64,000 nt of DNA from an uncultured Anaerolineaceae bacterium (GCA_964371335.1 CAYJMC010000003.1:41962-105961), one strand, 5' to 3'. Positions 8,777-17,780 are shown, counted from the stretch's first letter. Numbers and translations are program-made. Notes: a model not told the origin generated them from the letters alone.

Positions 8777-8805
8777 TTGATAGGTAACCGATTTCATCTT
8801 ATAAT
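8777..8805 (+). promoter_or_regulatory. sigma-70-type promoter of the ABC ATPase gene
   Basis: TTGATA (8777-8782), a 17-nt spacer, then TATAAT (8800-8805). Confidence 0.6.
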
Positions 8806-8842
8806 TCGGCCACTATACTTTCAAGAAACGGAGGAACAAGCT

Positions 8843-9943
8843 GTGGCAAGCGTAACCTATGATCATGTTTCCAAGCGTTTTGGCGATGTAGTTGCCGTGA
8901 ATGACCTCAATATCTATATTGAGGATAAAGAATTTCTGGTACTGGTAGGGCCTTCGGGCTGCGGTAAGACCACCGCGTTACGCCTGCTGGCCGGCCTCGA
9001 AGACATCACTGAAGGGCAGATTTCGATCGGCAAACGGGTGGTCAATGACCTGGCACCCAAAGATCGCGACATCGCAATGGTTTTCCAGTCGTATGCCCTA
9101 TACCCCCACATGACTGTTTTCGACAATATGGCCTTCGGCTTGCGCCTCCGCAAGATGGATAAGAAAGAAATCCAGAAGCGCGTGGACAAAGCCGCCAACA
9201 TCCTGGGCATCCAGGACCTGCTCAAGCGCAAACCGCGCCAGCTCTCCGGCGGGCAGCGCCAGCGCGTCGCCCTGGGCCGCGCCATCGTGCGCGAACCTAA
9301 TGTCTTCCTGCTGGACGAGCCGCTTTCCAACCTGGACGCGAAACTGCGCGTGCAAACGCGTGCGGAACTCAGCAAGCTGCACAAAGACCTGGCCACCACC
9401 TTCATTTACGTGACCCACGACCAGGTGGAGGCCATGACTATGGCCTCCCGTATCGCGGTGATGAATTACGGCGTGCTGCAGCAGATTGACACTCCGCATA
9501 ACCTATACGATATGCCCGCCAATAAATTCGTGGCCGGGTTCATTGGCTCGCCAGCCATGAATTTCTTCGATGCCAAGCTCTCCAAATCCGATGGCGCTTT
9601 GGTGGTGGATACGGGCAGCTTCAAAGTAGATGTGCCTAAGTCGCGCAACAAAGCTTACGAGCCTTATGTCGACAAATCGGTTACCCTCGGCATTCGCCCA
9701 GACGACATCCACGATAGCAAGTTCACCCCACCCAACATTACTCCTTCCAAAGTGGAAGCCAACGTGGAAGTGGTGGAATTGATGGGCAACGAAATTGTCG
9801 CCTATCTCAAGACCGGCAAGGAAAGCTACGTCGCGCGCGTCGATCCCCGCTCTGCCTATACTTTCGGCGACAAGGTCGAAGCAGTGATGAATGCCGACAA
9901 CATGCACCTATTCGACAAGGAAACTGAGAAGGCCGTCCGCTAA
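8843..9943 (+). CDS. sugar ABC transporter ATP-binding protein (MalK/UgpC/MsiK type), orphan ATPase
   Basis: Walker A GPSGCGKTT, signature LSGGQRQRV, Walker B FLLDEP, and a C-terminal MalK-like regulatory domain. GTG 8843 is preceded by GGAGGA. The track start at 8741 would read through the promoter. Confidence 0.9.
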   Translation: MASVTYDHVSKRFGDVVAVNDLNIYIEDKEFLVLVGPSGCGKTTALRLLAGLEDITEGQISIGKRVVNDLAPKDRDIAMVFQSYALYPHMTVFDNMAFGLRLRKMDKKEIQKRVDKAANILGIQDLLKRKPRQLSGGQRQRVALGRAIVREPNVFLLDEPLSNLDAKLRVQTRAELSKLHKDLATTFIYVTHDQVEAMTMASRIAVMNYGVLQQIDTPHNLYDMPANKFVAGFIGSPAMNFFDAKLSKSDGALVVDTGSFKVDVPKSRNKAYEPYVDKSVTLGIRPDDIHDSKFTPPNITPSKVEANVEVVELMGNEIVAYLKTGKESYVARVDPRSAYTFGDKVEAVMNADNMHLFDKETEKAVR

Positions 9944-10044
9944 CAGCAGAACCTTGCGAAGAGCCTGCCCTGAGCGCAGCGAACTGGTTGGACGGGATAT
10001 CCATTTTGCAAAAAGGACAACTTTCGCAAGGTCAAAAAGACCGA

Positions 10045-10087
10045 AACGTAACGCGTAAGATAACCCCTGCGCGTTACGTTTTCATTT
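10045..10087 (+). terminator. rho-independent terminator
   Basis: Stem aacgtaacgc / gcgttacgtt followed by ttcattt. Confidence 0.6.
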
Positions 10088-10099
10088 CTTGAGGAAAGA

Positions 10100-11308
10100 A
10101 TGCCATTCGAATATTTAGCCCCGCTACTTCGCGAATCCAAAACCAAGCTCGTTCTGTTGGTAATGGACGGTCTTGGCGACGTGCCCGAGGCGCGCAGCGG
10201 CCTAACTCCACTGGAGGCTGCCCAAACGCCCAATATGGATCGACTGGCTGCCGAAGGAACTCTAGGCCGCAGCGTTCCTTTCCGTCCCGGTATTACTCCG
10301 GGATCAGGGCCGGCCCATCTGGCGTTGTTCGGTTACGACGCGTTGCAATACCCCGTGGGCCGCGGCGTGATGGAAGCGCTCGGCATCGGCATGGACATCA
10401 GACCCGGCGACGTCGCCGCCCGTGGCAACTTCTGCACACTAGACGCAGCCGGGCTGATTACTGATCGCAGAGCAGGCCGCATCCCCAGCGAGGAAGCAAA
10501 ACCGATCGTGGAATCCCTGCAAGGCATCAAGTTGGAAAGCGCCAAGGCCGAAGTGCGCCACGTGAAAGAATATCGCTTTGCGCTGGTGCTGCGCGGCAAA
10601 GGGTTGAAAGGTGACATTGAAGACACGGATCCGCAAGTCACCGGCGCCAAGCCATTGGCTGCTAAGTCGCGTGACAAAGCTTCGGCCAAAGCCGCGAAAC
10701 TATTTAATGAATGGACACGCAAAGCACTGAAGATCCTTGCCAAGCAGCCGAAGGCAAACGGCCTCACCTTGCGTGGCTTCGGTGGGGACCCTAAGTTGCC
10801 CAAATACAAAGACGTCTACGGACTTCAAGCCGCCTGCGTCGCTGTGTACCCCATGTACCGCGGCGTCTCCAAGCTGGTAGGCATGGACGTGATCTCTTTT
10901 AGTGGCGAGTCGCCGAGGGACGAATTCGCCGCGGTGAAATCCATTTGGGCGGATTATGATTTTGTTTTCATCCACGTCAAGAAAACTGACAGCATGGGCG
11001 AGGATGGCAATTTCGATGGCAAAGCAAAAATCATCGAAGGAGTCGACCAGGCCTTGCCAGATTTATTGGCGCTCAAGCCCGACGTGTTGGCCATCACCGG
11101 CGATCACTCTACTCCGGTGCCAATGCGCAGCCACTCCTGGCACCCGGTGCCGCTGCTGCTCTGGTCGGCGAAGAATATGTTCGCCGATGAGCAAACTAAA
11201 TTCGGCGAGCACGCCTGCGCCAGAGGCGGCCTGGGCACTATGCCTGCCACCGACCTAATGCCGTTAATGCTGGCACATGCTGGGCGGTTGGAAAAATTCG
11301 GAGCCTAG
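10100..11308 (+). CDS. apgM: cofactor-independent phosphoglycerate mutase, archaeal ApgM type
   Basis: LVLLVMDGLGD near the N-terminus, the ITGDHSTP metal-site motif, and about 400 aa, all typical of the ApgM family. Confidence 0.85.
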   Translation: MPFEYLAPLLRESKTKLVLLVMDGLGDVPEARSGLTPLEAAQTPNMDRLAAEGTLGRSVPFRPGITPGSGPAHLALFGYDALQYPVGRGVMEALGIGMDIRPGDVAARGNFCTLDAAGLITDRRAGRIPSEEAKPIVESLQGIKLESAKAEVRHVKEYRFALVLRGKGLKGDIEDTDPQVTGAKPLAAKSRDKASAKAAKLFNEWTRKALKILAKQPKANGLTLRGFGGDPKLPKYKDVYGLQAACVAVYPMYRGVSKLVGMDVISFSGESPRDEFAAVKSIWADYDFVFIHVKKTDSMGEDGNFDGKAKIIEGVDQALPDLLALKPDVLAITGDHSTPVPMRSHSWHPVPLLLWSAKNMFADEQTKFGEHACARGGLGTMPATDLMPLMLAHAGRLEKFGA

Positions 11309-11355
11309 GACCAGAACGACCTGCCCATACTCTGTTCCAGCCTTTATAGGATTAG

Positions 11356-12006
11356 GTGCCATTCGCCATGGATATCCTTTCGCCACAAATCACAGAATTC
11401 CTCGAGAACCTGGTTCCGCCGCGTGCCCCTGAGCTGCAAAAGATGGAGGCTTACGCCGAAGAGCGCGATTTTCCCATCATTGGGCCCATATGCGGCCACC
11501 TCTGTTATCAAATCGCCCGCACTTCCGGCGCCACGCGCATCTTCGAAATGGGCTCCGGCTATGGGTATTCGACCGCCTGGTTTGCCCGGGCTGTCAAAGA
11601 AAACGGCGGCGGTGAGGTGCACCACGTCGTCTGGGACGATGCCTTATCCAATAAGGCGCGGGTGCATCTGGAAGCCCTGGGCTATAACGGCATCATCAAA
11701 TATGGAGTTGGAGAAGCCATCCAGGCGCTGCACGCCGCTGAAGGCCCGTTCGACCTCATCTTCATGGATATCGACAAACAGGATTACGTGAAGGCATTGC
11801 CGGTTATCTACAGCAAATTGCGCGCGGGCGGTATCCTCATTATTGACAATATGCTTTGGAGCGGCCGCATCTTCGATGAGAAAGACCAGTCCCCCGCCAC
11901 CAAAGCCATCCGCGAAACGACCGGAATGTTGGCCAACAATGATCGCTGGCTGACCTCAATCATCCCTATTCGGGATGGGTTGCTGCTGGCTACAAAATTA
12001 CCCTAG
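11356..12006 (+). CDS. class I SAM-dependent O-methyltransferase (family 3, caffeoyl-CoA OMT-like)
   Basis: IFEMGSGYGYST SAM-binding motif, FMDIDKQDY, and IIDNMLWSG, as in the O-methyltransferase 3 family. An alternative start is ATG 11368. Confidence 0.8.
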   Translation: MPFAMDILSPQITEFLENLVPPRAPELQKMEAYAEERDFPIIGPICGHLCYQIARTSGATRIFEMGSGYGYSTAWFARAVKENGGGEVHHVVWDDALSNKARVHLEALGYNGIIKYGVGEAIQALHAAEGPFDLIFMDIDKQDYVKALPVIYSKLRAGGILIIDNMLWSGRIFDEKDQSPATKAIRETTGMLANNDRWLTSIIPIRDGLLLATKLP

Positions 12007-12014
12007 CCGGTAAG

Positions 12015-12566
12015 CTAGGGCTTGAAGCTAACACTGTCGACGATCAAGTCGAAAGCGACTTTCCCCTCCGGGATCCAATCGTTATCACCGGTCACGCGAA
12101 CCACCGAACCCATGGCAATGAAGACAAAGTCCCCGACGTCGTAAATAATGTATTCCCCTTCAATGGGATCTCCGCCCACCGAAGCGGCAATGAAGTGACG
12201 TGAGTAGCCCGCATAATTGGCGTGTTTATATTCCTCAATATCGCTCAATTCGATATTATTTTCAAATCCCAGGATCAAGAGGATTTCAAATGGGAATCGC
12301 TCCTCAGGGTATTTCGCCCCAATCATGCGGGGTGTCATATCCTGTGTGAACATCTCCGATGGAAGGTAGAGCATAAAGACGCTGATTTCCGCGTCGGGGC
12401 TGCCGATGTACACACCGCCCTGCCCGTCATCCTCCACAGTAAAACCGGGCACATTTTGAAACGAAATTAAGCCTATGGTCTGGCGCTTGGTGAGGTCGGG
12501 GTTATCTGAGGCGCATGCAGACAATAAAACGGCAAGAAACAAAAACAGGATACTTGATTTCTTCAT
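12015..12566 (-). CDS. lipoprotein of unknown function
   Basis: Track ORF extends to 12710. The internal ATG at 12566 has a GGAG upstream and gives MKKSSILFLFLAVLLSAC (lipobox). The upstream part overlaps the neighbouring gene. Confidence 0.6.
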   Translation of the reverse strand: MKKSSILFLFLAVLLSACASDNPDLTKRQTIGLISFQNVPGFTVEDDGQGGVYIGSPDAEISVFMLYLPSEMFTQDMTPRMIGAKYPEERFPFEILLILGFENNIELSDIEEYKHANYAGYSRHFIAASVGGDPIEGEYIIYDVGDFVFIAMGSVVRVTGDNDWIPEGKVAFDLIVDSVSFKP

Positions 12567-12613
12567 AAGGCGAACTCCTTTGGGCCCAGCCAAGGCTTGG
12601 ATAACCATACCTT

Positions 12614-13288
12614 TTAATTTTTTCTTGTCCTTTTCCCACCAAAAACAACCCAAATCGCCGCCGCGCCTGCAACAGTCAACACGCCGAGCGCAATGAACAC
12701 ATCCTGCCAAAAGCGAATGGGGAACATGCGAATTAGTGTGTCTGAGTACTGAAACAGCCAGGAGTCGCCTTCGAAAAAGATTCGGTGGAAACCGGTAAAA
12801 ATCGCGTTAAAACTAAGGGCGACAAAAATCAGCACGGTGACGATCAGTCCAATAGTCAATTGACCGCCGCGCACCATCCAGGCGCTGAACCGGGGGAAAA
12901 AGCCAAAATGCCAGGCCGCGGCGCCCAAGGCCACCAGCAGCGCCAGCGACAGCATCCACACATTCAATACGATCTGAGTCAAATCCTTGACGTCCTGCAT
13001 GTGGCCAAGTTCGCGTTCGTTATACATTGGCGCACCGTCGTCAAATCGCATTTCACCGAGGAAAGAAACATCCTCGTCATTCAACAAATACTCAAGGGCT
13101 AACTTGGCATTCTGGCGCCGTTCCGCAAAGGTCATTCCGTACGAATCGTCCGGGAAACCGGGCATGGAGTAAGCCAGGTCTACGTAGGTTGGGGTGAGCA
13201 AGATGCGAATCGACGTAAACAGGAGAACAAAAGGGATCGCAAGAGTAACCAGCCAACCCAATACAGCCAACCATGGGGATTTTTTCAT
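12614..13288 (-). CDS. TIGR01906/DUF1461-type integral membrane protein (Lit-like)
   Basis: N-terminal TM helix, then TPTYVDLAYSMPGFPDDSYGMTFAERRQNAKLALEYL, then C-terminal TM helices, as I recall for DUF1461. Its ATG overlaps the stop of the upstream gene. Confidence 0.55.
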   Translation of the reverse strand: MKKSPWLAVLGWLVTLAIPFVLLFTSIRILLTPTYVDLAYSMPGFPDDSYGMTFAERRQNAKLALEYLLNDEDVSFLGEMRFDDGAPMYNERELGHMQDVKDLTQIVLNVWMLSLALLVALGAAAWHFGFFPRFSAWMVRGGQLTIGLIVTVLIFVALSFNAIFTGFHRIFFEGDSWLFQYSDTLIRMFPIRFWQDVFIALGVLTVAGAAAIWVVFGGKRTRKN

Positions 13289-14841
13289 TGCAGATCCTCA
13301 ACTCCCTCGGAGCCTAGAAAGTTCAGCACCATTCTGTTTACCATCCATTCTACCGGGGCGCGCTCGTCGGTCAGCAATGTGCCTTCCGCCGGCGTCTCGC
13401 GCTGGTTAGCCAGAGCGCGCTCGATGGAAGCCAAGAGCAAAGGGTGAACGCCAGGCTGAGTCGACAGCAAATCGTAATTGGCCTGCAGGTTCTCGAACGT
13501 TGTCGGCTGCACCGTGGCATACAGAATTGAATTGAACGAATTGGGTACATCCATTACATGCACGCTGGGGAAGACCTGCAGCAGGGTGACCGCCATCGCG
13601 TCCACTAGGCTGCGATCCTCCGGCGTGCGGCCAACATTCATAGCGAGCACGCCGTCATCCGTGAGGTGCGCGCGGCACAACGCGAAGAATTCCACGGTGG
13701 ACAGGTGCGGGGGTATATACGGCGGGCGGTATGCATCGATCTCGATCAAGGAATACTTCTGATTGCCATGCTCCAAACCCCAGCGGCCATCTTGGGCAAC
13801 CACATTTAAATTGGACATCGTCATCCCGAAATATTCTCGCCCCACCTCGGCGATCTGGGGATCGAGCTCGTATCCATCGATGGGCAGGTCGCCGAAGACG
13901 GCGGTCGCCTGCCGGGCGGAGGTGCCGCCCGCCAGACCGATCACTGCGATGCGTTCGATGTCGATGGTCGCAAAGGGGGCTGCGTTAAAAAAGGGCGCCG
14001 CCAGAAATTGCTCCCAAGTACCGTGGAAATCTAACTGGTCCGGGTTGTACACTGAGTGGACGCCTTGCCCCTCGTTCAGGCGCAGGTAGCGCGTGCCGTT
14101 CAGTTCGAGCACCTGAATGTAGTTATAAGCCGATTCGGCTTCGTAGATTTGGCCGGTGCTGGCCTTGAATGCGCCGCCCGCCCATATCGCGGCCAGCACC
14201 ACCAGCAAAAGCGGCAGCCATAGCCAACGCGCTGCCGCCCGCCAGCCCCCGGATAGACCCAAACCCACCAAGGCGACCGCCATGAGAAAGCCGCTGAAAA
14301 TCAAGAAGGTGAAGGTGCTGCCAACCAGCGGAATGAATACCAAGACAGGCAGAAATGTCCCAATGAAAGAACCCAGGGTCGAAATGGCATACAAGCGCCC
14401 GGATACGCGGCCAGCGTGCTGCTTGTCGCTGAGCGCCAAGCGGATGGCAAAGGGGGAAACGGTGCCCAACAAGGTGACCGGCACGATGAAAAGCACCAGC
14501 ACCGAAACGAAGGAACCCGCCAGCACCGCAAGCTGCAGCTGATCAAACGCGTCAGCCGCGGCGCGCAAGACTGGTCGCGCCACCAAGGCGGCCGCCCCAG
14601 CGGTGAATGCTCCCCAAAGTATTATCAGGTAAAAGGTACTGAATCTCGGTGATCGATCCGCCCAGCGTCCGCCGATAAAGTAGCCCACGGTCAGATAGAT
14701 AAGAATAAGACCGATGATGCTGGCCCAAACCAGGTTGCTGGTGCCGAACACGTTGCCCAGCAAGCGCGAGGCGGTCAGCTCGACGGCCAAGGTTGTCATC
14801 CCGGCGGAGAATACGGCAAAAGAAAGGTAACGGGAGGACAT
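13285..14841 (-). CDS. membrane-anchored spermidine-synthase-like (aminopropyltransferase fold) protein
   Basis: About 220 aa of TM helices, then a SpeE-like domain (VIGLAGGTSARQ, LIEIDAYRPPYIP). The start is set to ATG 14841, 7 nt after TACAAT. Track ORF extends to 14874. Confidence 0.75.
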   Translation of the reverse strand: MSSRYLSFAVFSAGMTTLAVELTASRLLGNVFGTSNLVWASIIGLILIYLTVGYFIGGRWADRSPRFSTFYLIILWGAFTAGAAALVARPVLRAAADAFDQLQLAVLAGSFVSVLVLFIVPVTLLGTVSPFAIRLALSDKQHAGRVSGRLYAISTLGSFIGTFLPVLVFIPLVGSTFTFLIFSGFLMAVALVGLGLSGGWRAAARWLWLPLLLVVLAAIWAGGAFKASTGQIYEAESAYNYIQVLELNGTRYLRLNEGQGVHSVYNPDQLDFHGTWEQFLAAPFFNAAPFATIDIERIAVIGLAGGTSARQATAVFGDLPIDGYELDPQIAEVGREYFGMTMSNLNVVAQDGRWGLEHGNQKYSLIEIDAYRPPYIPPHLSTVEFFALCRAHLTDDGVLAMNVGRTPEDRSLVDAMAVTLLQVFPSVHVMDVPNSFNSILYATVQPTTFENLQANYDLLSTQPGVHPLLLASIERALANQRETPAEGTLLTDERAPVEWMVNRMVLNFLGSEGVEDLQ

Positions 14842-14920
14842 GGGCAGCATTGTAACGGCTAAGTCAACCCGCACTATGGGGAGAATTGCTTACCCGACCT
14901 AAGGTTACTCACCCATGATA

Positions 14921-15030
14921 GCCTTTGCGAGGGCGTGAAACGCCAGAAGCAATCCCCAACACGGCCCGGCAAATCAACTTGGGGATTGCTTCGTCGGCCT
15001 CATTTCATTCGGCCATCCTCGCAAAAACGG
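14921..15030. repeat. Family A palindromic (dimeric) element
   Basis: Outer inverted repeat tttgcgagg (14924-14932) / cctcgcaaa (15017-15025). Inner inverted repeat gaagcaatcccca / tggggattgcttc. It is homologous to 296-402. Confidence 0.8.
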
Positions 15031-15119
15031 ATGCGGCGTCTGGCAAGGCGGAGTAACCCCACCGTCTCGGTAACCGATTTCACAAGGGCTGATTATGTTG
15101 GTTATAGAATTGCAATCGA

Positions 15120-15623
15120 ATGGCAACCAAACCAGACTTCGAATCCCTGGTCGAGCAGCATAGTGGCGAACTATTCGGTTACCTATGGCGACTGACAGGT
15201 AACGAGGCTGACGCCCGAGATTGCCTGCAAGACACCTACCTACGCGCTTTCCGCGCCTTTGAGCGGCTGCAGGGCTTTGACAATCTGCGCGCCTGGCTCT
15301 ACAAGATCGCCACTAACACGGCGCGCACCCACCATACGCGCAACCATGGCCGCCAAACTGACCCGCTGCTCGAACCTATCGCATCCGGTGAAAAGTCCGT
15401 GGAACTGCAGGTACTGGAACGCACGCAGATGGCCGCGGTCAAGCAGGCGGTGATGAAATTGCCGGCTCGCCAGAGAGCGGCGCTGATGATGCGGAAATAC
15501 CAGGAGCTTGATTACGCCGAGATCGCCGAAGCATTGGATTGCAGCGAGGATTCTGCGCGGGCGAATGTGTATCAGGCGCTCAAAAAGTTAAGAGAACAAT
15601 TCGCCGAGGTGAATAATGAATAG
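15120..15623 (+). CDS. ECF-type RNA polymerase sigma factor
   Basis: Region 2 (DCLQDTYLRAF) and region 4 (LPARQRAALMMRKYQELDYAEIAEAL), 167 aa. Confidence 0.9.
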   Translation: MATKPDFESLVEQHSGELFGYLWRLTGNEADARDCLQDTYLRAFRAFERLQGFDNLRAWLYKIATNTARTHHTRNHGRQTDPLLEPIASGEKSVELQVLERTQMAAVKQAVMKLPARQRAALMMRKYQELDYAEIAEALDCSEDSARANVYQALKKLREQFAEVNNE

Positions 15624-16293
15624 AAAAGACAGCCATCTCTACGACAATTGGCTGGATGGCAAAGCCTCTCCAGCAGATGAAGTAACTTCCGCACTCGACA
15701 CAGTCTACGCGCCTGGCCCTGGCGCCGAGGCTACGCGCCTTGCTAAGTTAGCGCTGGGAAACAGCTTATCGAAAAAACTGCCCCTCATTTACTACGACCG
15801 CCTGGACGAGAGCCCTCTCGGGCCCGTATGGCTGGCAGCCGGACCGCGCGGCCTGGTCGCCGTGGAGTACAACGGCAGCGAAGAGAACTTCCACGGCTAC
15901 TTGGCGCGCGTCACCAAAGGCCGACCGCAGCGATCCGGTGAGAAGGTGGCTGCCGCGAAAAAGATGCTGCTCGCGTACCTGCGCGGCGCGACCAAACGAA
16001 TCGATGTCGAAGTTGACCTGAGCGGCATAACGCCATTCCAGCGCCGCGTGTTGGAAGAGACGCGCAAAGTTCCCCGCGGCCAGGTGTCCACCTACGCCGA
16101 GATCGCGCGCCGCATCGGTAATCCGAAGGCGGTGCGCGCGGTAGGCCAGGCGTTGCGCCGCAACCCGGTGCCCATCGTCGTTCCCTGTCATCGCGTCATT
16201 GCTTCGGATGGTAGCCTGGGCGGCTACGGCGGCGAACTGCGCAGCAAACGCAAAGTGCAATTGTTGAAGTTGGAAGGGGTGGCGCTGGCATAA
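15616..16293 (+). CDS. ogt: methylated-DNA--protein-cysteine methyltransferase (Ogt/MGMT) with about 55-aa N-terminal extension
   Basis: Active site VPCHRVI, the helix-turn-helix segment STYAEIARRIGNPKAVRAVGQA, and an N-terminal MGMT domain (SPLGPVWLAAGPRGLVAVEY). Its start overlaps the sigma gene stop by 8 nt (ATGAATAG). Confidence 0.85.
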   Translation: MNRKDSHLYDNWLDGKASPADEVTSALDTVYAPGPGAEATRLAKLALGNSLSKKLPLIYYDRLDESPLGPVWLAAGPRGLVAVEYNGSEENFHGYLARVTKGRPQRSGEKVAAAKKMLLAYLRGATKRIDVEVDLSGITPFQRRVLEETRKVPRGQVSTYAEIARRIGNPKAVRAVGQALRRNPVPIVVPCHRVIASDGSLGGYGGELRSKRKVQLLKLEGVALA

Positions 16294-16297
16294 TAAT

Positions 16298-16327
16298 GTC
16301 CAATGTCTAAGTCCAACGTCCAACGTC
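16298..16327. repeat. low-complexity GTCCAA-type periodic repeat
   Basis: gtccaatgtctaagtccaacgtccaacgtc. It is followed at 16344-16360 by ggctaagcctcgactcc, a solo terminus of the family A monomer. Confidence 0.6.
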
Positions 16328-16388
16328 AAAAACAAAAATGACCGGCTAAGCCTCGACTCCAAGAAGCAACCACGTAGAAAGAGGAACC

Positions 16389-17603
16389 GTGCAAACTATT
16401 CGCTCGAGATTCGCATCGCTGACAACCGACATTCCGCCGATGTATTGGTTCCTGTGGCTGGGAACGCTAATCAACCGTTTCGGTTCTTTTGTCATCCCAT
16501 TCCTATCGCTCTACCTGACAAGCCAACGTCAAATATCCGTAAGCCTAGCTGGTCTCATCGTTTCGCTGTTTGGAGTCGGCGCATTCGCGGCTCAACTTGT
16601 TGGCGGAGAGTTGGCGGATCGATTAGGCCGCCGACCGGTGATGTTAATGAGCTTATTTGTCACGCCAGTGTTCATGGCCCTGCTGGGCTTTGTGAATTCT
16701 TTGCCCATGATCGCAGTTTCAACGCTGATCCTGGGCTTCTTCAGTGAGCTGTATCGCCCGGCGACAGGCGCCATCGTCGCTGACATCGTTCCGTCTTCAG
16801 CGCGGACACGCGCTTATGGGTATCTCTACTGGGCAGTCAATTTAGGCTTCGCATTTGCGCCAATCCTGGCAGGCTTCATGGCTAACATTAACTATCTGTG
16901 GCTGTTCATCGGCGATGCGCTGACCACATTTATGTATGGACTCTTGATTTTCTTCCGCGTTCCCGAGACGCGGCCGGAAGCAGCTGGCAAAACCGTCCAT
17001 GTTTCATTGCGGCAAAGAATTCGCCAGGTTAGGCAGGAGCCCATACTGCTGGCGTTCACTGGATTGACGCTATTAATCGGTGTCGTTTACATGCAAGGTT
17101 ACGTGACCCTGCCGCTGGACATGCGTGCACATGGACTCACGCCGGCGGATTACGGAATGGCAACTTCGGTGAATGCCATCCTGGTAGTTTTGCTTTCCAT
17201 CCAGGTGAGTAACCTGGCGGGCAAATGGCCGCGCTTCGGGGCGATGGCTGTTTCTGCGCTTCTGCTAGGAATTGGCTTCGGCTATACAGGCTTAGCGTTT
17301 AACCTTGTTACCTTTGTTCTTTCGGTTGCCATCTGGACACTGGGTGAGATCGCGTTCAACGCGGTGGCGCCAGCCCTCATCGCCGATCTTTCGCCTGTTG
17401 AATTACGCGGACTGTATCAAGGTATTTTCGGTTCTGCTTGGGGGCTGGCATTCTTTATTGGACCGGTGCTAGGCAGCTGGGTGTTTGAACATTTCGGCGC
17501 CGGTGTGCTTTGGTCAGCCAGCCTCGTAATCGGCTGTGTGGTGGCGGTGAGCTATCTAGCGATGTCAAGAGCGGCGCGAAAGCGTCTGGCCGTGATGTCG
17601 TAG
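16389..17603 (+). CDS. MFS transporter
   Basis: About 12 predicted TM helices and the GELADRLGRRPV loop motif between TM2 and TM3. GTG start preceded by AGAGGA. Confidence 0.85.
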   Translation: MQTIRSRFASLTTDIPPMYWFLWLGTLINRFGSFVIPFLSLYLTSQRQISVSLAGLIVSLFGVGAFAAQLVGGELADRLGRRPVMLMSLFVTPVFMALLGFVNSLPMIAVSTLILGFFSELYRPATGAIVADIVPSSARTRAYGYLYWAVNLGFAFAPILAGFMANINYLWLFIGDALTTFMYGLLIFFRVPETRPEAAGKTVHVSLRQRIRQVRQEPILLAFTGLTLLIGVVYMQGYVTLPLDMRAHGLTPADYGMATSVNAILVVLLSIQVSNLAGKWPRFGAMAVSALLLGIGFGYTGLAFNLVTFVLSVAIWTLGEIAFNAVAPALIADLSPVELRGLYQGIFGSAWGLAFFIGPVLGSWVFEHFGAGVLWSASLVIGCVVAVSYLAMSRAARKRLAVMS

Positions 17604-17607
17604 GAAA

Positions 17608-17640
17608 GACGTCCGACGTCCCACATCCAAAGTCCAAAAG
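17608..17640. repeat. low-complexity GTCC-type periodic repeat
   Basis: gacgtccgacgtcccacatccaaagtccaaaag, directly before the family A monomer. Confidence 0.55.
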
Positions 17641-17648
17641 CCCAAACC

Positions 17649-17765
17649 GGAGTCGAGGTTTTAGCTGGAAAGGGAAACTGGCTTAAGAATTGATTGCTTC
17701 GTCGCCTCGCTAGCGCTCATCTCCTCGCAAATGCGGAAAAGCAAGCTTCACCTTGGCTTCGACTC
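17649..17765. repeat. Family A monomer (intergenic reference copy)
   Basis: ggagtcgaggttttagctgg...attgcttcgtcg...tcctcgcaaatgcggaaaagcaagcttcaccttggcttcgactc. It is collinear with the copy inside mutS. Confidence 0.75.
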
Positions 17766-17780
17766 GATGTTCTGGTATGG

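Noticed and set aside
14935-15195. 86-aa ORF, and similar ORFs at 240-773, 41746-42264, 56834-57163 and 59025-59276
   Set aside because: They read through family A/C/D repeat elements, so their translations are repeat-derived and differ in frame between copies.
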